DNA of 64,000 nucleotides from Candidatus Marinacidobacterales bacterium. GTDB taxonomy: Bacteria > Acidobacteriota > Vicinamibacteria > Marinacidobacterales > DATDRI01. Positions 31,138-40,949 of the stretch are shown piece after piece. A program made the translations under genes and the position numbers. Numbering within the stretch: position 1 is the first letter of the stretch; the number at the start of each line of letters is the position of its first letter. The stretch spans positions 448,001 through 512,000 of the forward strand of contig OZ244742.1 in the NCBI GenBank assembly GCA_965219415.1, given 5' to 3'. Below the pieces are notes generated by a model. It saw only the letters and a list, made by a program, of their open reading frames with translations. It made no database searches and had not been told where the DNA came from.

Positions 31138-31238
31138 CCAGAAACGTAGCTCACTCCGCCACTAGCACAGCTGGAGTGAGTTAGGAGGCACAGGTAGTTA
31201 CCATGCCTCGCTATTACTAACGGAAGAAGGCACCTCCC

Positions 31239-32519
31239 TCACATACGTTTCCACAAAGCCTCGGCGACTCGTCGAGCTTGGGAAACACGCCTTGCTTGAA
31301 AACGAGGCGGCCGTTGATAACGACGGCATACACCGGCGCTCGGCTCATGCCGAAGAAAAAGTGGTCGGCGAAGTTCTCAACCGTGAGCGGCGTTGCCGGT
31401 TGATGGTCCAACACCACCAGGTCGGCCCGCGCCCCTGGCTTGATCTTTCCGAGGGTCGGGCCGAAGAGCTCGGTGGCCAGCAAGCCGTTGCCCGAGAACG
31501 TCGACTGAAACGCCTCCCGCTTGGCTCCCGAAGAAGCACGCCCCGTCACGCGCTGAATAGGGGCAGTCGCTCGGAACTCCTCGAGCACGCTGGCGGTCAC
31601 CCCATCGGTGCCCACCATGGTAGGAATTCCCGCTCCCCGGAGACGGGTTAGATCGACGGTGCCCTCTCCCGCGACACCCGACGGCGCGTACACCGCTCGC
31701 TCTGAGCTGACGATAGTCCGCCTCCTCCAGATGAACACAGTGGACAGCCAAGCTTCCTTTCTTCAGCACGCCGCCGGCTACCAGGCGCTCGACCGGTGTC
31801 GCTCCATGCTCCCGACGTGTAACCTCGAGATCGCCACGGTCCTCCGCCACGTGTACATGGAAACAGCCGCCGACCTCGCCGTGAGCAGCGACAACCTGCT
31901 CGAGAGTCGGACGGGAGACTGCGTGAGACGCCTCCAATCCAAACAGCCCACTCATCATTTCCGAGCCTTCCGCCTTACACCGCTTGATGAATCGGCGATT
32001 CTCGTCGATTCCGGCCCGACTCACTCTGGAGCCGTCCCGATCGGAAACGGCATATGAAAGCGCTCCCCGAACGCCGACTTCGGAGAACGCCTGCCACACG
32101 GCATCGAGGCAACCGGGGACCACCGCAGGACTGGAATGGTGATCGACTACCGTGGTAACTCCGGCACGGACGGAGTCCAGCAGTCCTATCAATGTTCCAA
32201 GGTAGACGCCCTCCTCGCACAGCGATCGATCCGGTTTCCAGCAAAACGCTTCTTGCATCTCCTGAAAGGTCCGCGGAGGCCCTCCTTTGATCGGCATCCC
32301 CCGCGTCAGAGTCCGGCGCAAGTGAGTGTGGGCGTTGATGAGGCCCGGCATTACCATCCGACCACCCACGTCGAGTGTGTCGGAGTCATCGTATCGATCG
32401 GCCAACTTGCCGATGCTGCCAAAATCGACGATGATCTTTCCCTCGATGGCGACCAACACACCTTTGACGAACGGTTCAGAGTCCCAGAAGGTAACGAGGT
32501 CTGCGTTGTTGAGGATCAC
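31239..32519 (-). pseudogene. SsnA-like amidohydrolase, frameshifted
   Basis: PGLINAHTH, GVTTVVDHH, HVAE, HCVH, then GTDG and GARADLVV in a second frame; breaks near 31680 and 31265. Confidence 0.82.
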
Positions 32520-33706
32520 GAGCCCAGCGCACCCTCTTCGCGAAGGGCTTCGATTTCCTCCGAACTGAGGTTTAGTTTTTCCGCCAGCACTTCTCCGGTA
32601 TGTTGTCCCAACCGGGGAGGCGGGAGCGCCGGGACATCCGGAAGGCCGGACATCTTAATAGGGTTCCCGGTCATTCTCATGCGGCCAACGGTGGGGTGCT
32701 CTACCTCGATCAACATCTGCCGATCGACGGCCTGCGGATTCGACAAGGCCTCCGGCACTGAACGCACTCGCCCAACCGGAATTTCCGCAGGCTCGAGCAC
32801 ACCCAACCAATGTTGAGTGGAACTGCTGCGGAACATCGGTACCAGGAGTTTTTTGAGCTCGACATAGTTCTCGACGCGAAGCGCGTTGGTCTCGAAACGA
32901 GGCTCGTCGAGTTCGGGTCTTCCGACGGCACGACAGAAGGAACGCCAGAGCGAGTCGTTACCCACACCCACTATCACGTAGCCATCGGAGGTCTGGAACG
33001 TTTCGTAGGGAGACAAGGAGGGATGTCTATTTCCCAAACGTTCGGGGACTTCGTCGGTGAGGAGATAGCCTTGCGCCTGGTAGCAAAGCGTCGCCAAAAC
33101 GCTGTCGAACAGGGCGACGTCTATTCTCTGTCCCTTGCCGGTGGTATCGCGTTGGTGAAGGGCGGCGAGGATTCCCTGCGTCGCCATCGTGCCGGTGAAG
33201 ATATCGGCCAAAGAGGCTCCCACCTTGAGAGGTGGACCCTCGGGCTCGCCGGTCAAGCTCATCCATCCGCCTTCTCCCTGCATGACCGCATCGTAACCGG
33301 GCCGCTGCTTGAGTCGTCCGCTGTGCCCGTAACCGGAGATCGAACAATAGATGATCTCCGGGTGGGCCGCCTGGATCGTCTCGTAACTAAACCCCAAACG
33401 GTCTAGCGTTCCCGGCCGGAAGTTTTCCACCAGGATGTCCGCCTTACCTGCGAGTCGATGCAGAAGATCTCGACCGCTGGGTTGCTTGAGATTGATGCAG
33501 AGGCTCTTCTTGTTTCGGTTGACGGCGAGGAAGTAGGCACTCTCCCCTTCAGCAAAGGGCGGTCCCCAACCACGAGAATCGTCGCCGTGAGGAGGCTCGA
33601 CCTTTAACACCTCTGCCCCCAGATCCCCGAGGACCATCGTGCAGTAAGGGCCCGCCAAAATACGCGAGAGGTCGAGAACTGTAATCCCAGCGAGCGGTGC
33701 GCTCAT
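32516..33706 (-). CDS. CaiB/BaiF family III CoA-transferase
   Basis: DLSRILAGP, NRNKKS, ENFRPG, PGYD, LGQHT. Confidence 0.93.
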   Translation of the reverse strand: MSAPLAGITVLDLSRILAGPYCTMVLGDLGAEVLKVEPPHGDDSRGWGPPFAEGESAYFLAVNRNKKSLCINLKQPSGRDLLHRLAGKADILVENFRPGTLDRLGFSYETIQAAHPEIIYCSISGYGHSGRLKQRPGYDAVMQGEGGWMSLTGEPEGPPLKVGASLADIFTGTMATQGILAALHQRDTTGKGQRIDVALFDSVLATLCYQAQGYLLTDEVPERLGNRHPSLSPYETFQTSDGYVIVGVGNDSLWRSFCRAVGRPELDEPRFETNALRVENYVELKKLLVPMFRSSSTQHWLGVLEPAEIPVGRVRSVPEALSNPQAVDRQMLIEVEHPTVGRMRMTGNPIKMSGLPDVPALPPPRLGQHTGEVLAEKLNLSSEEIEALREEGALGS

Positions 33707-35162
33707 TCGACGTCCTGGCTTCTCTGCGGCACGGTAGAAAGGTCGACCCGCGGCACCGCAGGCATGGACATGTAATAGATGATCGCTGCCACGCCGAAGC
33801 CAACAAACCACGAATAGTCGTACAGCAATCTCAGGCTTGGGAAAACTAGTCCCGCCATCGCCGCCAGGATCCCAGCAACCAGAGCCCCCACCGCCCTCCG
33901 ATTGAAACCGTGACTATACTCGTACATCCCGCCGCGGCGATACAGATCGTAAAGGGAGAGGTTCTGCTTTCGGATCAAGAAATAGTCCACGATGAAGATG
34001 CCCGCGATGGGCCCGAGAAAGCCCGAATAACCCACCAACCACCCGAAGATGTAGGTGCCATAGTCGGCCAAGAGTTTCCAGGGCATCATCAGGATGCCGA
34101 TGACGCCGGTCAGAATTCCCCCGCGAGCGAAAGTCATTTTTTCCGGCCATAAATTAGCGAAACCGTTCGCCGGCGCGACGACGTTCGCCGCCACGTTGGT
34201 GGAGAGCGTCGTTACCGCCAACGCAACCATCGCCACCGCAACCAAGACGGGACTCCCCAAGCGTGAAACCAACTCCACCGGATCCCAAATCGCTTCGCCG
34301 AAGATGATGACCGTGGCCGAGGTGACAGCGACTCCGATGAACGAATACAGGGCCATGGTCGGTGGAAGCCCCAATGCCTGCCCCACCATCTGCTCCCTTT
34401 GCCCTCGCGCGAATCGGGTCAAGTCCGGGATATTGAGAGCGAGCGTCGCCCAGAAGCCAACCATCGCAGTGAGCAAAGGAATGAAGAACCGGAAGAACTC
34501 GGCGGACGACTGAAAGCTGCTAGGCCGAGCCAGCGTCGGACCCAGGCCCCCCCCCGCGTCATCGCCCAGAACAGCAGTGCGAGTCCGGCGATAATCAAGA
34601 AGGGGGCAGCCCAGCCCTCCAACTTCCGAATACTCTCTGGACCACGGACGATCACGTAAATATTGATGAGCCAGAAGGCCATGAAACAGATAGCGGGGCC
34701 GAATGGGAAGCTCGACCAAGCGGGCCAGACAACGTTGATGGTCGCGTTGATGGCGGAGCCCCCAATCCACGTCTGAATCCCAAACCAGCCGCATGCTACG
34801 AACGAGCGAAGGAGAGCCGGTATATTCGACCCGAGAACTCCGAACGAGACGCGCGCCAGAACGGGAAAAGGAATTCCGAACTTGGTCCCGGCGTGCGCGT
34901 TCAAGATCATGGGTACCAGGACGATCAGATTACCTAGAGTAATGGTGAGGATCGCCTGCCACCAATTCATACCCCCTTCGATAAGCCCAGCGGCAAGCAT
35001 ATAAGTCGGGATGTTCACCGAAAGGCCGACCCACAAAGCGGCGACGTCGTAAGTTCCCCACGTACGCTCGGCGACCTTGGTGGGTGCCAAATCCTTGTTG
35101 TAGAGCCGGGGATCCAACGAGTCGACGTCGAGCTCGTAGAGCCCTCGTCGGCTTCGAGACAT
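33703..35162 (-). pseudogene. NCS1 nucleobase:cation symporter, frameshift in a G9 run
   Basis: GIPFPV, ACGWFGIQTW, WATLALNIPD, STNVAAN; frame break at 34547-34555. Confidence 0.9.
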
Positions 35163-35354
35163 CTTTCGGAGAGAGTCTTGCATCTTCAATTTCCGGAACG
35201 AGATATGGAGCGGATGATAAGGAATGCTTTCGCAGGTTGTCAACAAGACGGTGTTGACCTACGAGCCGAGTTGAGAAAGACTGAAGCCTCGCCACGGCCC
35301 TCCAACTGCGTACGGGGGCGGTTCCAATAACAAACGCTTTCAAAAGAGGTAGCA

Positions 35355-36359
35355 ATGAACAAGCGACGCCTGGACTTTGGAATCACGTTCAAGGGCGACA
35401 TGTCGCCGGAGCGAACGGTCGCCCTAACCAAGATGGCCGAAGAAGCCGGCTTCAAGCACGTGTGGGCTTTCGATTCGCACGTCCTTTGGAAAGATCCCTA
35501 TCCGATTCTTGCTCTGTTGGCCACCAACACCAGCAAGGTCCGACTCGGAACGATGGTGACCAACCCGGCAGTCCGAGATCTCACCGTGACCGCGAGTCTG
35601 TTTGCCACGCTGAACCTCATCTCGGAGGGCCGCATGGATATGGGCATCGGTCGCGGCGATAGCTCGCGCCGGGTTCTGGGGCACCGCCCCACGACCGTAG
35701 CTGGCCTGAGGAAAGCCGTGCAGGTCATCCGTGACCTCGCATCCGGCAAAGAAGTCGAGCACCACGGACAACCGGTCCAGCTCAAGTGGGCTTCGGGAGA
35801 TCTTCCGGTTTGGGTTGCCGGTTACGGGCCGAAGGTACTCGCCATGACCGGCGAAGTCGCGGAGGGCTTGATCCTCCAGATCGCCGACCCGTTTCTCATT
35901 CGCTGGTTCGCCGGCGTTACGCGAGGGAGTGCTCAAAAAACCGGAAGAAAGGCCAACGACGTCAAAGTCCTAGCTGCGGCACCGGTTTGGATCGCAGACG
36001 ACCTAAGGAAGGCTCGAGCCCAAGTTCGTTGGTTCCCGGCCATGGTCGGCAACCACGTAGCGGACCTAGTCGAGCGGTACCATCAGGGTGAGCTACCCAA
36101 GGAGCTCACGGACTACATCGAAGGACGAAAGGGGTACGACTACCAAGAGCACGCCGATAAAGACGCGGATCACTTAGGCTTTATCACCGACGAGATCATC
36201 GACCGCTTTACTATCGTGGGTCCCGCTGAGGCGCATCGGCAAAAATTAGAGCAACTGATCGAGGCGGGCGCCGATCAGTTCAACGTCTATCTGATGAGCG
36301 GAAACGAAGAGAGCCAGTTGGAACTCTACGGAAAAGAAATCGTGCCCGCCTTCCAGTGA
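35355..36359 (+). CDS. LLM-class F420-dependent oxidoreductase, TIGR03842-like
   Basis: FDSHVLW, VTNP..R, GIGRGDS, WFPAMVGNH, GYDY..H; pyrimidine-catabolic neighbours. Confidence 0.85.
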   Translation: MNKRRLDFGITFKGDMSPERTVALTKMAEEAGFKHVWAFDSHVLWKDPYPILALLATNTSKVRLGTMVTNPAVRDLTVTASLFATLNLISEGRMDMGIGRGDSSRRVLGHRPTTVAGLRKAVQVIRDLASGKEVEHHGQPVQLKWASGDLPVWVAGYGPKVLAMTGEVAEGLILQIADPFLIRWFAGVTRGSAQKTGRKANDVKVLAAAPVWIADDLRKARAQVRWFPAMVGNHVADLVERYHQGELPKELTDYIEGRKGYDYQEHADKDADHLGFITDEIIDRFTIVGPAEAHRQKLEQLIEAGADQFNVYLMSGNEESQLELYGKEIVPAFQ

Positions 36360-36420
36360 TCAGTAACCAGTACTCAGTTATCAGTTTCCGCAATCCACTG
36401 TTCACCGATTACTCACTACT
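36354..36420. repeat. Degenerate heptamer tandem repeats with an inverted arm between convergent genes
   Basis: CAGTGAT CAGTAAC CAGTACT CAGTTAT CAGTTTC, then CACTGTT CACCGAT TACTCAC. Confidence 0.75.
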
Positions 36421-37741
36421 TTCCCGGCTCGATACCTGCCAGCGCACTATCGAGCATACGTAATGCTTCGTCCACGTCCCCCTTGGTCACGTTCAGGGCG
36501 GGGCTGATCCGAATCACGTTCCCATAGAGTCCACCCTTGCCGATGATCAGTCCCTCGGCCCGCGTGTTCTCCAAAAGGGCGGCGGTGGCTCGGGGAGCTG
36601 GCGCCTTCCCTTCGCCGACAAGCTCTAGAGCCTGCATCAAACCCTTGCCGCGAACATCACCGATCACGGGGTGCTTACTGGCCAGGGCCTCCAGACTTTC
36701 GCGGAGGTGATCGCCGACGACGCGCGCGTTTTCCTTGAGATTGTCCCTCTCGATGATGTCGATCACCGCACGTGCGGCGCTCATGCTAACGGGGTTGCCG
36801 CCGAAGGTGGAAATCGTGCTCCCCTTGATACTATCCGCGATCTCCGGCGTGGTGATGGTAGCACCGACAGGCGCACCGTTCGCCATACCCTTGGCGAATG
36901 TCATTATCTCTGGCTCGACTCCCCAATGCTCGATCCCGAACCAGTGATCGCCGGTCCGTCCCCAGCCAGTCTGCACTTCATCGCAAATGAACACACCACC
37001 GTATTTCCGGACGATATCGACGACGATCTTGAAGTACTCGGGCGGCGGTGTGATGAAACCACCCACACCTTGAATAGGTTCGGCGATGAATGCCGCCACC
37101 TTACCCGAAGTCGTCGTCTGGATCGCTTCCTCCACGTCGGTCGCACAACGCAGCTCGCAACTGGGGTAGGTCAGCCCGAACGGGCACCGATAGCAGTACG
37201 CATTGGCCACGTGCTTGATTCCGGCAACGTGAGTTCCGCCCAAGCGCCAGCTCGACTGCCCCGTCACCGACATGGCCAGGGAGGAGCGCCCGCTATAGCT
37301 GTGCCGCAGCGCAACGACCTCACCCGAACCGGTGTAGAGCTGAGACAGCAAAAGGGCGGTCTCGTTGGCCTCCGTTCCCGAGTTGGTGAAGACAGTCTGT
37401 TGCAGATCGCCGGGAGTGATTTGGGCGAGCTTCTCGGCTACCGCCACCATCGGCTCTGTGGGATAGAGAGTGGAAGCGTGTTGCAGCGTGTCCACCTGTT
37501 CCTTGACCTGGGCGTTGACCTCCGGGTGGCAATGTCCGAGGCTCACAGTGAGGATTCCGCCAAAGAAATCCAAATACTCTCGCCCGTCGGCATCGTACAA
37601 GTGCTTTCCCTCGCCTCTTACCAAGGGCATCGGGTTCGAGTAATAGTTTGCGACGGAGGGAAAAATGTACTGCCGATGCTTGGAGACGATTTCTTCGCCG
37701 CTCAGTCGGCTGGTGGGAATCCGTTTCGTAGGAGTGCTCAT
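36416..37741 (-). CDS. Class III aminotransferase (AGXT2/beta-alanine transaminase-like)
   Basis: SGTEANE, EPIQG.GG, DEVQTG.GRTG, AKGMANG, TFGGNP. Confidence 0.9.
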   Translation of the reverse strand: MSTPTKRIPTSRLSGEEIVSKHRQYIFPSVANYYSNPMPLVRGEGKHLYDADGREYLDFFGGILTVSLGHCHPEVNAQVKEQVDTLQHASTLYPTEPMVAVAEKLAQITPGDLQQTVFTNSGTEANETALLLSQLYTGSGEVVALRHSYSGRSSLAMSVTGQSSWRLGGTHVAGIKHVANAYCYRCPFGLTYPSCELRCATDVEEAIQTTTSGKVAAFIAEPIQGVGGFITPPPEYFKIVVDIVRKYGGVFICDEVQTGWGRTGDHWFGIEHWGVEPEIMTFAKGMANGAPVGATITTPEIADSIKGSTISTFGGNPVSMSAARAVIDIIERDNLKENARVVGDHLRESLEALASKHPVIGDVRGKGLMQALELVGEGKAPAPRATAALLENTRAEGLIIGKGGLYGNVIRISPALNVTKGDVDEALRMLDSALAGIEPGK

Positions 37742-37742
37742 A

Positions 37743-38612
37743 TTACACCTGCGTCATCTCGTTGTAAGTTTCAGGACGACGATCCCGGAAGAACTGCCAG
37801 GTGTGCCGAACCTCTTCGATCCGGTCCAAATCGATGTCGGCTACTACCACCTCGTCCTTGTCGCGGCTCCCTTCGGCGATGATCTGGCCCCGCGGGTCGC
37901 AGAAGTAGCTAGAGCCGTAGAATTCACCAATATCCCAAGGTTGTTCGTGACCGACGCGGTTGATCGCGCCGATCCAATACTGATTGGCGGCAGCATGGGC
38001 GGGTTGTTCGAGTCGCCACAAATGCTCCGATAACCCGGCCACCGTGGCAGAAGGATTGAAAACGATCTCCGCCCCATTGAGCCCTAGGATGCGAGCCCCC
38101 TCGGGGAAATGGCGATCATAGCAAATGTAGACGCCGACCTTCGCAAAGGCCGTTTCGAAAACGGGATAACCCAAGTTGCCCGGCTTGAAGTAGAACTTCT
38201 CCCAGAAACCGGGATCGCAGTGAGGGATGTGGTGCTTCCTGTATTTCCCAAGGTATTTGCCATCGGCGTCGATGACTGCGGCAGTGTTGTAATAAACACC
38301 GGTCATGTGCTCCTCGTAGACAGGAACCACCATGACCATGCCGTGCTTCTTCGCCTGCTCCTGCATTAGCTTGGTGGCCGGACCGTTGGGAACAGGCTCC
38401 ACCAACTCGTACCACCGCGAATTCTGTTCTGCGCAAAAGTACGGTCCGTAGAAGAGCTCTTGCAGACACAACAGTTGGACTCCCTTGCCGGCTGCTTCAT
38501 CGATGAGGCCAAGGTGTTTTTCCACCATCGCCTTCTTGATCTTGTCGATTGGATCATTCCCTGATCCACGTGTAGATGCTTGAATGAGTCCGCCCCGTAC
38601 GATACGAGCCAT
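37743..38612 (-). CDS. Nitrilase-family hydrolase, beta-ureidopropionase-like
   Basis: QELF..PYFC, YRKHHIP, FWEKFYF.PGN, ICYDRHFPE. Confidence 0.9.
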   Translation of the reverse strand: MARIVRGGLIQASTRGSGNDPIDKIKKAMVEKHLGLIDEAAGKGVQLLCLQELFYGPYFCAEQNSRWYELVEPVPNGPATKLMQEQAKKHGMVMVVPVYEEHMTGVYYNTAAVIDADGKYLGKYRKHHIPHCDPGFWEKFYFKPGNLGYPVFETAFAKVGVYICYDRHFPEGARILGLNGAEIVFNPSATVAGLSEHLWRLEQPAHAAANQYWIGAINRVGHEQPWDIGEFYGSSYFCDPRGQIIAEGSRDKDEVVVADIDLDRIEEVRHTWQFFRDRRPETYNEMTQV

Positions 38613-38779
38613 GCCGATCTCCTTCTTGCTTAGTGCGAACGCTCCGGCCGAGGCCCGAGCTAGAATCTCCAGTAGCGGGAATCTCTTTAATAAGGGTTAG
38701 GTATCACCTCAGGAGAATCCCTGCTTTCGCAGAAGGTTACCACCGGGCTTGAGAAAACGCTAGCTTCTATCAGTTCGTT

Positions 38780-38875
38780 GGGGCCCCACCCCCGACGATC
38801 GCGCTCCGCCGGCTTCGCAGCTGCGGGCTCAGGGCTGTCCAGCCGCGCTCACCTGTTCGCGGCTCAAGCCTAGCC
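38780..38875. repeat. REP-like intergenic element related to 207-300
   Basis: GGGGCCCCACC and GGCTCAGGGCTGT at similar spacing. Confidence 0.45.
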
Positions 38876-38905
38876 CTGCTGGATATATTCCCGAGGCCGT
38901 TGGAT

Positions 38906-39937
38906 CTATTCCTGACGTCCCAGGACTATGACGACGTCCCCTGCCTCGAGACGCGTCTCCGGACCCGGGTTATGGGTCGGGGCATCACCCCCACTGCGGT
39001 GGCGCACCGACATTACGATGAGTCCCGTTCGCTGAGGAATCTTGGCCTCGGCAAGTGAGAGCCCGGCCAATGACGAGCTCTCCGGTATGTCCGTTTCCTC
39101 CAAACGAAGGGCCATCTCGTCGGCGCCGGTCGTCGCCACATCGAGGTAGCTCACCACGGAAGGCCGCAGAAGCATGGAAGCAATGCGCAAACCACCGGTC
39201 ACAATCGGTGACATCACATGGTCGGCTCCCGCTCGCCGGAGCTTGTCCAAGGACTCTTGGTAGGCGGCTCTCGCCACAATGGTCATGTCGGATCGCATCC
39301 CGCGGGCCGTGAGGCACAACAGCAAGTTGTCGGCGTCGTCGGTAAGACAAGCGGCCAGGCCACTCGCCCGCTCCACGCCGGCTTCGGTCAAGGTGTGCTC
39401 CTTGGTCGCGTCGTCGGCAATGAGAAGGACGCCTGGATATTGCTCCAAAATCGCCGCGCCTCTCGCGGCGTCTCGCTCGATGACGAGGAAGGGTTTGTTC
39501 GACGTGTACATCTCCTCAACGACGACCCTTCCCATCCGCCCCCCACCGCAAACGATGAAATGGGTCTTCAGCTCCGAGATTTTTCTCATGATTCGACGCC
39601 TCCGCAGCAGCCCACCTAGATCGAGCTCAACGATGAGAGCAGTAGTGAGACCCCACCAGATCCCGAGTCCGGTGACGGCAAAGAAAATCAGCAACACCGT
39701 AAACGCTCGCCCACCCGGAGAGAGGGGCTCGACTTCCATGAATCCGACGGAGCTCACCGTGGTCACTGCCATGTAGAACGAGCTGAACCAGTCCCACCCC
39801 TCGATAGTTCGGTACCCCAACGTCCCCACCAGAAGAATGGCGAGGAAGTAGCCGCCGGCCCAAGCGAAACGCCTTCGGAAGGGCCCCAGGGCCTCGCTCA
39901 ACAGAGACGGTCGCTTAGTTTGACGGCCGTACGACAC
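38906..39937 (-). CDS. Potassium channel with TrkA-N/TrkA-C (RCK) domains
   Basis: TTVSSVGF pore, CGGGRMG Rossmann motif, RRAGAD, NPGP; C-terminus looks slightly short. Confidence 0.88.
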   Translation of the reverse strand: MSYGRQTKRPSLLSEALGPFRRRFAWAGGYFLAILLVGTLGYRTIEGWDWFSSFYMAVTTVSSVGFMEVEPLSPGGRAFTVLLIFFAVTGLGIWWGLTTALIVELDLGGLLRRRRIMRKISELKTHFIVCGGGRMGRVVVEEMYTSNKPFLVIERDAARGAAILEQYPGVLLIADDATKEHTLTEAGVERASGLAACLTDDADNLLLCLTARGMRSDMTIVARAAYQESLDKLRRAGADHVMSPIVTGGLRIASMLLRPSVVSYLDVATTGADEMALRLEETDIPESSSLAGLSLAEAKIPQRTGLIVMSVRHRSGGDAPTHNPGPETRLEAGDVVIVLGRQE

Positions 39938-39986
39938 CGTTAGATCCGTTGCGGGGGTGAAGCTTCACGCGTGGGAGAGGCCCCGC

Positions 39987-40748
39987 CTACTTGCTGTAGC
40001 GAAGCGCGACTGCGGTGATGTTGTCTTTCCCGCCGTTCTCGTTGGCGGCGGCTATGAGCCCCTGGACCGCGTCCTCGAGGTTGTCCTGCTTGGTTGTCAG
40101 AAGCTCGGCGATTCCCGCGTGGTTCAGCATTCCATGAAGCCCGTCGGTGCAAAGAAGGTAGAGGTCGCCATCTTGCAGGGTTTCCTCGTGTACGGTTAAG
40201 TCGATGTTTTGCTTTGCGCCCACAGCTTTGGTGATGATGTTTTTCATCGGATGATTCTCCGCTTCGTCTGCCTGGAGCAGCCCTTCGCTCAAGGCTACCT
40301 GCACCCACGAGTCGTCGACGGTAATCTGGTGCAAAGCGTCTCCGCGGAATCGGTAAGCCCGGCTATCACCGGCCCCACAGAGGATCAAACTCTCGTCTTC
40401 CGCGAGCCCCCCGACGATGGTGGTCCCCATGCCGGTATAGTCGTCGCGATTGTCGGCCTCTTTCCATACACGTTTGTTCGCGAGCATGATGGCCGTTCGG
40501 AGACGGTTCGCGTTGATGGAAATCGCGGGGTCCACTCCATACGGCCACGTGATCTCTTCGTCATGACCGGAGCGCCCGACGAAATTGGAGACCGTCTCAA
40601 CCGCCAATTGGGAAGCGACCTCGCCGGCGTTGTGTCCCCCCATGCCGTCGGCGACGACGTAGAGGCCGGCTTTATCATCGATGAGCATGGCGTCTTCATT
40701 CGGCTGTCGACGCTTGCCGATATCGGTTACTCCAAAGCTTTCGATCAT
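39987..40748 (-). CDS. PP2C-type Ser/Thr phosphatase (Stp1-like)
   Basis: NED, VADGMGG, GMGTT, GDSR, CTDGL, GG.DN. Confidence 0.93.
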   Translation of the reverse strand: MIESFGVTDIGKRRQPNEDAMLIDDKAGLYVVADGMGGHNAGEVASQLAVETVSNFVGRSGHDEEITWPYGVDPAISINANRLRTAIMLANKRVWKEADNRDDYTGMGTTIVGGLAEDESLILCGAGDSRAYRFRGDALHQITVDDSWVQVALSEGLLQADEAENHPMKNIITKAVGAKQNIDLTVHEETLQDGDLYLLCTDGLHGMLNHAGIAELLTTKQDNLEDAVQGLIAAANENGGKDNITAVALRYSK

Positions 40749-40949
40749 GGGCCTACTTGCCTACGATCGCCTCGACCGCCCCTAACGACTCGCTTTCGAC
40801 GGTGCGTTGGGCTGCAGTAACGTTGTGCAAAGGTAGCAGATGAAACTAGTTTATCATTGCCGATCGGGGCCATCAAACTCCTTTCTATCACATTTGACAG
40901 GACTTCGACCCGCTCCTTACAATAGTTAGCGCAACCCAACGATGCGTCC

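Noticed and set aside
36671-37882. Long antisense ORFs (403 aa here; also 6176-6793, 18671-19501, 56173-56913)
   Set aside because: Shadow frames overlapping well-supported genes in high-GC DNA, with no recognisable motifs
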